Shown here in pieces: positions 1 through 8,203 of a stretch of DNA of 20,000 nucleotides; position 1 is the stretch's first letter, and every line of letters starts with the position of its first letter. The notes under the pieces are model-generated. The model ran no database searches. It saw only the letters and a list, made by a program, of their open reading frames with translations, and was not told the DNA's origin. Origin of the DNA: Candidatus Eiseniibacteriota bacterium. GTDB taxonomy: Bacteria > Orphanbacterota > Orphanbacteria > Orphanbacterales > Orphanbacteraceae. Both the position numbers and the translations under genes were made by a program. The DNA lies in NCBI GenBank assembly GCA_043809585.1, contig JBDROZ010000025.1:51417-71416 (forward strand), written 5' to 3'.

Positions 1-305
1 AGCTCTTTGGCCGCTTCCTCCGCCTGCTCCCGGCGGTACTCCTCCTCCGGCTTCAGCACGTGGAAGTCGAAGGGGGCGAGGATGTCCTCCTTGACGATAA
101 CCCCTTCGGCGGGGACGAAGACCTGGCTCGTGCCGAGGGGGAGATAGAGGGCGAGGACGACCCCCACCGTGAGGGCGGCGATCCCGACCCGCGCCGCGGA
201 GACCCGCGCCTCCGACGGCGCCGGCGAGAACCGGACGGAGTTCTTCCGGTCCTTTCCTTTTTTCGAGAAAGCCGATGAGGCCACGCGGAAGGGGAAAATC
301 TTCAT
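1..305 (-). CDS. 5' part of a 7TM-HD (HDIG) family membrane phosphohydrolase, PgpH/YqfF-like; runs off the window edge
   Basis: Not in the ORF track. Manual translation from ATG 305: MKIFPFRVASSAFSKKGKDRKNSVRFSPAPSEARVSAARVGIAALTVGVVLALYLPLGTSQVFVPAEGVIVKEDILAPFDFHVLKPEEEYRREQAEEAAKE. It has a TM helix followed by a G-x-I-x-x-x-D-I-x-A-P-F-D-F pattern typical of the 7TM-HD extracellular domain. ATGA overlap with the phoH stop; the phoH-HD gene order is widely conserved. Confidence 0.75.
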   Translation of the reverse strand, partial: MKIFPFRVASSAFSKKGKDRKNSVRFSPAPSEARVSAARVGIAALTVGVVLALYLPLGTSQVFVPAEGVIVKEDILAPFDFHVLKPEEEYRREQAEEAAKE

Positions 306-1318
306 CCCTCGCCCCGCTCTCCCACCCCGCCGCCGTTCCCGGCCTCCGGAGACGAACCGGAGGAGGAATGATTGGCGAAGGCGCGGATGATGCGCTGGAC
401 CAGGTAGTGGCGCACCACGTCCCGGTCCGTGAAATAGCAGAATCGGATCTCGGGAATGTCCTTCAAGATCGGCTGGATCTTGATCAGCCCCGAGTCGGCG
501 GGGACCGGCAGATCGACCTGAGTGACGTCCCCCGTGATGACCGCCCGGGAGTTGTTCCCGAGACGGGTCAAGAACATCTTCATCTGCCCAATGGTCGTGT
601 TCTGCGCCTCGTCGAGAATCACGAAGGCGTCATTCAGGGTGCGCCCCCGCATGTAGGCGAGGGGCGCGACCTCCAGGATCCCCATCTCGAAGGACCGCTG
701 GATCCGATCGGCGCCCATGAGGTCGTGTAGTGCATCATAGAGAGGGCGCAGGTAGGGATCAACTTTTTCCTGAAAGTCCCCGGGCAGGTAGCCGAGGTTC
801 TCCCCCGCCTCGACGGCAGGCCGGACGAGCACGATCCGGTTCTTCTCCCGCGCCCGGATGGCCGAGACCGCCGCCGCAACGGCGAGGTAGGTCTTGCCCG
901 TCCCCGCGGGCCCGACGGCGAAGACGATGTCGTACTTCTCGAGGGCCCGGACGTAGTCTTCCTGGTTGTGGGTCTTCGGCTTCACCGACTTCTTCAGATG
1001 GAAGTAGCTCTTCCGCGGCTCGTAGAGGTCGGCGATGCCGTTGCCGTTATCCTCGAGGGCGAGGCTCACGGCGTACCGGACGTCCGTGTCCTGCAGGATC
1101 TTCCCCTGCTTCACGAGCGAGACGAGGTCGAGGAGGAGCGACTCGAGTCTGCGCACGTGCCCCTCGACCCCCTCGATGTAGATGTCGCCCCCCCGGGCGA
1201 CCAACTGCACGTCGGGGAAGGAGTCCTGGATCAGGCGCAGGTTCTTGTCGTTCTGCCCGAAAAGATGAAGAGGATCCACCTCGACGAGGTGAATCCTTTT
1301 GACGATGACGGCTCCCAC
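302..1318 (-). CDS. phoH: PhoH-family ATPase (PhoH-like/YbeZ)
   Basis: Walker A GPAGTGKT, RPAVEAGENLGYLPGD, LAYMRGRTL, ILDEAQN, GDVTQVDLP and DVVRH motifs; N-terminal LFGQNDKNLRLI KH-like segment. GTG start is somewhat uncertain. Confidence 0.96.
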   Translation of the reverse strand: MGAVIVKRIHLVEVDPLHLFGQNDKNLRLIQDSFPDVQLVARGGDIYIEGVEGHVRRLESLLLDLVSLVKQGKILQDTDVRYAVSLALEDNGNGIADLYEPRKSYFHLKKSVKPKTHNQEDYVRALEKYDIVFAVGPAGTGKTYLAVAAAVSAIRAREKNRIVLVRPAVEAGENLGYLPGDFQEKVDPYLRPLYDALHDLMGADRIQRSFEMGILEVAPLAYMRGRTLNDAFVILDEAQNTTIGQMKMFLTRLGNNSRAVITGDVTQVDLPVPADSGLIKIQPILKDIPEIRFCYFTDRDVVRHYLVQRIIRAFANHSSSGSSPEAGNGGGVGERGEG

Positions 1319-1338
1319 CTGGAGCGGAACCCCCTTCC

Positions 1339-1377
1339 GGGATCGACCCGGGTCGATCCCCCGTCCGGCGCGGACGG
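1339..1377. promoter_or_regulatory. Perfect 22-bp palindrome plus adjacent hairpin in the phoH leader
   Basis: GGGATCGACCC-GGGTCGATCCC (1339-1360), immediately followed by CCGTCCG-gcg-CGGACGG (1361-1377). Function unknown. Confidence 0.55.
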
Positions 1378-1384
1378 ACGATTC

Positions 1385-1414
1385 AATCTAAGTCAATTCA
1401 CGAGAATCTGTCAA
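1385..1414 (-). promoter_or_regulatory. Putative sigma70 promoter of the phoH operon
   Basis: Minus strand TTGACA (1414-1409), 18-nt spacer, TAGATT (1390-1385), in an AT-rich patch about 70 nt upstream of phoH. Confidence 0.65.
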
Positions 1415-1416
1415 TC

Positions 1417-1689
1417 TACCCTGGACGAGGCGATGGTTTTCTGCTGCGGGCTCGGCTCGCGGGCTACGAGGCCTCCGTTCCTTCGCCGCTTGCTCAACCG
1501 GGCCCGTCGGGCGCTTTTGACTCATCGCGACGGCTAGGAGTGATAAGTGTTAGCGCCCGGAGGGAGGATCTTCAGGCCACGCACCTGGCGCCGGGAGTAC
1601 CCGGAGCGCGGAAGCGCGAAGGGTGCAAGTCGGCCTCTCGCCGCGCGATCCGCGCCCTCGCGACGAAAACCCTCACCTCGTCCAGGGTA
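1417..1689. mobile_element. MITE-like non-autonomous element with terminal inverted repeats and TA ends
   Basis: Left end TACCCTGGACGAGGCGATGGTTTTC; reverse complement of right end TACCCTGGACGAGGTGAGGGTTTTC. The first 14 bp are perfect, 23/25 match, and looser similarity continues to about 55 bp. TA at both ends; no credible ORF inside. Confidence 0.75.
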
Positions 1690-1836
1690 TCGAATCCACG
1701 CTCTATTACCTTGACCATCTGTCGAAGGTCGAACTACGACACAGACCGCCATTATGACAGGAAAGCCGAAGACAGGAGAAACTGGGCAATGCCGATCTCT
1801 CTAACCTATTTAACAACAAATGGTAAGGGGCTTCGC

Positions 1837-2628
1837 TCAGTCTCCGGCGAGGTGCCCGGCCTTACGGAGGGTTCTGACGTGGTCTTCGGTGAAGAAGAAA
1901 TAATTGACGCTCCGGACCGCCTTTTCGCGGCGGACGAGCCCCCCGGGGGAGATCCAGTACGGCTCGTATCCGAGGGAGGCGAGGAAGGCGAATAGTTCGC
2001 CGGTGCTCGATTCGGGATCGTCCGGGTTCCGGGAGACCTCGATCAGGAGGGCGGGCTTCCACTTTTCGAGGGTCCGACGGGCGCCGTGCGCGACGGGAAG
2101 TTCGTGGCCCTCCACGTCGATCTTGATGAAGCGGATCGGCTTGGTGTTCTCGGGAAGGGCGTCGTCCATGCAGCGGAGGGGGACGGTGAACTCCTGGCCG
2201 GGGGACCCGAGCTTCTTTCCCTCGGCGACGAAGGACTGGTAGTAGTTGCCGCCGCCGTCCCGGTAGGAGGGGCACTTCATGAGACCTTCCCCCCGCCGGT
2301 CGGAGAGGGCGAGCGGGTAGGCTTTCACGTTCGCCACGTCGAGTCGGGCGAGGCAGGAGAGGAGCACCCGGTAGGTGTGAATGACGGGCTCGAAGCTGTG
2401 CACTTCCCCCTCGGCCCCGACGAGGTTGGACAAGAGGCGGGTGTAGATGCCGAAGTTGGCCCCCACGTCGACGGCGCCGTCCCCTTCCTTCAGGAGGGGG
2501 GGGATGGGGGCGAATTCGGGTTCCTCGTCCATGGGGAGATGCCGGAGAAGGCGGCAGTAGCGCCGGGCCTTCATGCGGATGAGAAGAAACTCGGGGGCGC
2601 TCTGGAGGACGAGAGATTTGAGGCTCAT
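1837..2628 (-). CDS. FkbM-family (Methyltransf_21) SAM-dependent methyltransferase
   Basis: VDVGANFG motif I, VHSFEP, ALSD and FIKIDVEGHE. Start reassigned to ATG 2628, which has GAGGAAAACC upstream; the ORF-track extension runs through a repeat. Confidence 0.92.
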   Translation of the reverse strand: MSLKSLVLQSAPEFLLIRMKARRYCRLLRHLPMDEEPEFAPIPPLLKEGDGAVDVGANFGIYTRLLSNLVGAEGEVHSFEPVIHTYRVLLSCLARLDVANVKAYPLALSDRRGEGLMKCPSYRDGGGNYYQSFVAEGKKLGSPGQEFTVPLRCMDDALPENTKPIRFIKIDVEGHELPVAHGARRTLEKWKPALLIEVSRNPDDPESSTGELFAFLASLGYEPYWISPGGLVRREKAVRSVNYFFFTEDHVRTLRKAGHLAGD

Positions 2629-2672
2629 GGTTTTCCTCGGGATCGGGCCGACGATCACCTTTCTACTATAAG

Positions 2673-2750
2673 GAGTTTGGGGGACACAATACTTAATTCC
2701 GAGTTCGGGGGACACAATACTCAATGGGAGTTCGGTATTGTGTCCCCCCG
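2673..2750. repeat. REP-like GGGGGACACAATAC repeat cluster (two direct copies, one inverted)
   Basis: GAGTT(T/C)GGGGGACACAATACT at 2673-2693 and 2701-2721 (28-nt period); inverted arm GTATTGTGTCCCCC at 2735-2748. Confidence 0.85.
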
Positions 2751-2920
2751 ATTCTTCCTGTCCCCCTCCGGACGGATATGGCGCGCGAGCACAACTGCTC
2801 CAAGGTGCAGAGGAGGAGTCCAAGGAGAATGGAACTTTGGAATGAGCGAATCCTTACCTCCTTCCTTATCTTGTAAGAGAGACATCCGCGGTCCCCCCGT
2901 CGAGAAAGGACCCACCACTC

Positions 2921-4963
<2,043 letters not shown>

Positions 4964-4997
4964 CGAAGAGCCGGTCGGGTGGTCCTCTCGTCCTAGT

Positions 4998-5547
4998 ACG
5001 GGCGGGGCCTGTCCGGGGCGTGGGTGGGGGGATGGCGGCGCAGACAAGCCGTCCGCGCCTACGCGATCTTCCGATGGCAAACCTCGAACTCAACGGCGCT
5101 CCCGGCAACTCGCCGCTTCATCCCCCCACCCAACACCCCGGCCACCCGCCCGTGGCATGGTATTCTCAACAAGGAATGCCGAATTCAAACCCAGTGATAC
5201 CGTTTGTCCTGAGTAGCTCGTGAACGAAGTGAACGAGCGTATCGAAGCCTGTCCTGAGCCTGTCGAAGGGGGCCGACCGGATCTTCGCAGGGAGGAGAAG
5301 AGAGGCGTCCGCCCACCTGGATCTGCGGAGGTCTGTGGTATTCCTACCGCACCTGCTCCCGGCCACCCGCCCGTGGCAGGGCAATCTCAGCAAGGACTAC
5401 TGACCGGATCTTCGTAGGGAGAGAGAGACGTCCGCCCATCTGGGCGCTCGAAGAAGAGCAGCGTTTGTGCCGCGCGCTGGTTCCCCCCCGTTCGCCCTGA
5501 GTGATCCGACCGGAGGGAGGATCGTATCGAAGGGGGAACCGGGGAGA
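4998..5547 (+). repeat. Left mosaic of structured repeat modules (A-B-C-C'-D-B-D-C)
   Basis: A 5008-5141: long hairpin, GGGTGGGGGGATG...CATCCCCCCACCC. B: CCGGCCACCCGCCCGTGGC...CAAGGA at 5138 and 5359. C: CCGTTYGYCCTGAG...CGTATCGAAG at 5200 and 5488, short form at 5248. D: GACCGGATCTTCG...CGTCCGCCCA at 5275 and 5402. Confidence 0.9.
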
Positions 5548-5596
5548 AGCCCCGGAAGACGCCGATACCATACCTATTGTGATATGGCATGACAAG

Positions 5597-5660
5597 GGGA
5601 CAGACACTCCGCACGCAAGCCATCCAGCCACGCCTCGCACCGGAGCGGAGTGTCTGTCCC
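5597..5660. repeat. REP-like inverted repeat, 16-bp perfect arms
   Basis: GGGACAGACACTCCGC (5597-5612) and GCGGAGTGTCTGTCCC (5645-5660), 32-nt spacer; lies downstream of the minus-strand gene ending at 5735. Confidence 0.85.
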
Positions 5661-5734
5661 GACAAGAGTTGGCAGGCAGGCCGCCCGGGGAGACACAGGT
5701 GCCTGTCGCCGGGTTACCAGTCTAAGATTGCTCT

Positions 5735-7468
5735 TCACCGAAGTAGAATCAGACGCTGGCTCTCGACCTCCTCCCCGTCCTGGAGCCGCACGAAGTAGAC
5801 GCCGGAGGGTGCGCGCCTTCCGGATTGGTCGCGGCCGTCCCACTCAAGAACGTGGCTCCCCCGGCCATAGCGATCGTTCGTGAGCCGCCGCACGAGTCGT
5901 CCACCGATCGAGTAAACATCGAGAGAGACTGATCCCTCGTCGGGAATATCGAAGAGAAGCGTCGAAGCCTCGCGCGCCGGATTCGGATAGAGGAGAAGGG
6001 ATGGCCTTGCGCCACCGGGCAAAGAAGAAATGCCGGTCGTAACCGCCAGGCGTTTGCCCGCGTATAGGTCACGATTGCCTGCGCGTTCGTCCACCCAGAA
6101 GAACAGGGCAGACAGCGAATCCGTTATGAACGGCCGTGGGCGTATTTGATTCTGTTCCGCGCAGCAGATCACCTCCCCGTCGATTGTCCAGAGGGGATTG
6201 CCGGCCCCATCGAGGTACTGGGAGTAGATGTCCATCCCGTTCGTTGTTCCGTTGCGTAGGTCCTCCCAGACGACGAACGCGCCTCCGAGACTATCGCTCT
6301 CGATCACCGGGTTCGCCTGGTACGCCGGGTCCGCGCAGACCGGGATACCGCCTGTTCCCCATAGGGCCTGACCCGCACTATTCAGGCGTTGTGCGTAGAC
6401 GTCCTGGTCGCCCGACAATGACAAGATTATCCAGGAAACGAACGCCCCTCCGGAACCATCGGAGGTAATCGAAGGGGTATAGCTGCCGTATTCACCGAGC
6501 ACAGAGCCTCCCACCAGAAGACCATCGGAATCCCACACGGGACCTGAGACCGGATCGAGCCGCTGGGCATAGACGAACGCCCCGAGGCCGTATTCCGCCC
6601 AATGCCAAACCACATAGGCCCCGCCGAGGCCGTCGCCGATGATCTCCGCATATGAGTATCCCCCGGCATTCCCCAGCCGGCCGATGCGAGCACCGTTTGA
6701 AGGCCATCCGGAAACGCTGTCGCCCGACGCCGTAATGTGTTGCGCATAGACCGAACCCAATTCCTCCCACACGATGAATGCTCCCCCGACCCCGTCGCTC
6801 GTCGTTTGAGGGAGAGCTACAGAGGACCCCACCCGAGTCGAGACTCTGGTGCCAGAGGCCCCCCAAAGCAGGTTTCCGTCCGCATCGACCCGCTGGGCGT
6901 AGATGTCGGTGTCCTGCTCGTTAGGGTGGCTGGAGCGGTAGTCCATCCACGCGACGATCGCTCCGCCGGCACCATCCATGGCCAGAGTTGGTAATATTTG
7001 CGAACTGTCACTATCGCATAACAGGTGGCCGTCTGGAGTCCAGAGTGGTGTTCCCAGAGAGTCGACTCGCTGGGCGTAGATGTTCCAGCCCGCTCCAATC
7101 CGCAAGTCATCCCACACCATGATGGCGCCGCCGTCGCCGTCGCCGATGATCTTATGTTCTTTAGTCGCCCCCCCCGCATTGAATCTGAGATCAGTCGGGG
7201 CCGTACAGATCGGCACGCCGCCGGCCTGCCAGAGAGTGTCCCCGACTGCGTCGATCCGTTGTGCGTAGATATCGAATATCACTCCATCTCGAAAGTCCGG
7301 CCACATGATGATCGCGCCGCCAGCGCCATCGTTCGTTGCATACATCAAGCCTTGTTGCCCCGGCGCGTCGCAGACGACATTCCCGTTCGGTGCCCAATCG
7401 GCGTGCGCGTGGATTCCTGCTACCAGAGTGAGACCAACGGCGAAAACGAGAGAGGGTGATCTGCCCAT
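5735..7468 (-). CDS. Secreted repeat (probable beta-propeller) protein with C-terminal FlgD-Ig/T9SS type A-like domain
   Basis: ATG 7468 with GAGGAG SD; signal peptide ending AHA-D. About seven repeats of DG.GGA...W.D.R....DIYAQR.D..G..LW...G. C-terminus YPNPAR...DVYSIGGRLVRRL...WDGRDQSGRRAPSGVYFVRL. Confidence 0.88.
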   Translation of the reverse strand: MGRSPSLVFAVGLTLVAGIHAHADWAPNGNVVCDAPGQQGLMYATNDGAGGAIIMWPDFRDGVIFDIYAQRIDAVGDTLWQAGGVPICTAPTDLRFNAGGATKEHKIIGDGDGGAIMVWDDLRIGAGWNIYAQRVDSLGTPLWTPDGHLLCDSDSSQILPTLAMDGAGGAIVAWMDYRSSHPNEQDTDIYAQRVDADGNLLWGASGTRVSTRVGSSVALPQTTSDGVGGAFIVWEELGSVYAQHITASGDSVSGWPSNGARIGRLGNAGGYSYAEIIGDGLGGAYVVWHWAEYGLGAFVYAQRLDPVSGPVWDSDGLLVGGSVLGEYGSYTPSITSDGSGGAFVSWIILSLSGDQDVYAQRLNSAGQALWGTGGIPVCADPAYQANPVIESDSLGGAFVVWEDLRNGTTNGMDIYSQYLDGAGNPLWTIDGEVICCAEQNQIRPRPFITDSLSALFFWVDERAGNRDLYAGKRLAVTTGISSLPGGARPSLLLYPNPAREASTLLFDIPDEGSVSLDVYSIGGRLVRRLTNDRYGRGSHVLEWDGRDQSGRRAPSGVYFVRLQDGEEVESQRLILLR

Positions 7469-7641
7469 TGTCTTCTCCTCCCCGAAGGGCGGGTTGCCTC
7501 CGGCCCACGGTCCCTTGCGACACCGACGACTCACCGATATGAATGACTAAAGGGAGGAGATGACCGATGGGACCGGCCAGCACTTCCCCGGGAACAAGGT
7601 CTGGCCACCGCTCAACCACAAGGGTAAACTCGATGTTGTAG

Positions 7642-7670
7642 AGCATATCAGACATGAAGGTGCAGTGCAA
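7642..7670 (-). promoter_or_regulatory. Putative sigma70 promoter of the repeat-protein gene
   Basis: Minus strand TTGCAC (7670-7665), 17-nt spacer, TATGCT (7647-7642). Confidence 0.55.
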
Positions 7671-7759
7671 CACATTGGGGAGCTTGGCCCTGTTCCTAAC
7701 CAGATACCCCATTCCCGCTATTCCTTTCGGAACCAGATACCCCTTCGCATCGGTAAGTT

Positions 7760-7822
7760 CGGGGACGTAGTTCCGTTGCTTCCGTTGACGTGACTTGCGA
7801 GACGAACGGAACTACGTCCCCG
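7760..7822. repeat. REP-like inverted repeat, 18-bp perfect arms
   Basis: CGGGGACGTAGTTCCGTT (7760-7777) and AACGGAACTACGTCCCCG (7805-7822). Confidence 0.85.
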
Positions 7823-7826
7823 GGTC

Positions 7827-8175
7827 GGGGGGAGGACGAGCGCGACACAGACGCTGCTCTTCTCAGAGCGCCCGGGTGGGCGGACGCCTCTTCTTCCCTT
7901 TTCAAACGGGAGTTCGAGGCTCTCCCCGGTTCGCCCTTCGATACGAACCTTCGGTCCTGTTCAGGACGAACGGGATCTCTAAATCCTGTTTCGGCAGTCC
8001 TTGCTGATCATTCCCAGCCACGGGCGGGTGGCCGGGGTGTTGGGTGGGGGGATGAAGCGGCGAGTTGCCGGGAGCGCCGGTGGGCTTCGACCCGGCCATC
8101 GGAAGATCGAGTAGGCGCGGACGGCTTGTCTGAGCCGCCATCCCCCCACCCACGCCCCGGACAGGATCTGCCCGT
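7827..8175 (-). repeat. Right mosaic of repeat modules (A-B-C-D on the minus strand), inverted copy of the left mosaic
   Basis: The reverse complement of 8017-8165 matches 5008-5156 without gaps, differing by two substitutions and one 15-nt variable block. C module at 7921-7973; D module at about 7827-7899. Confidence 0.92.
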
Positions 8176-8203
8176 GCGACTACGACTCAGCCCGAACTCC
8201 CGC

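Noticed and set aside
1534-1995. ORFs 1534-1752 (-) and 1540-1995 (+), considered as a small ribosomal protein or transposase remnant
   Set aside because: No recognisable motifs; they cross the MITE boundary, and the plus-strand ORF overlaps FkbM antisense.
2673-2750. Possible mini CRISPR array
   Set aside because: Only two direct copies with a 7-nt gap plus an inverted copy; no spacer-length unique sequences and no cas genes.
2629-2823. N-terminal extension of the FkbM ORF
   Set aside because: It runs through the REP-like repeat; a better SD and start exist at 2628.
4964-5010. Target-site duplication around the inverted-repeat-bracketed unit
   Set aside because: No convincing direct repeat between the left flank (4964-4997) and the right flank (8176-8203).
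5020-5223. Paralogous small ORFs MGGGMAAQTSRPRL... (also 7902-8153, minus strand)
   Set aside because: These are translations of the palindromic repeat module, with no SD and differing stops. The gap-free alignment keeps the frame, so a peptide is not strictly excluded, but it is unsupported.
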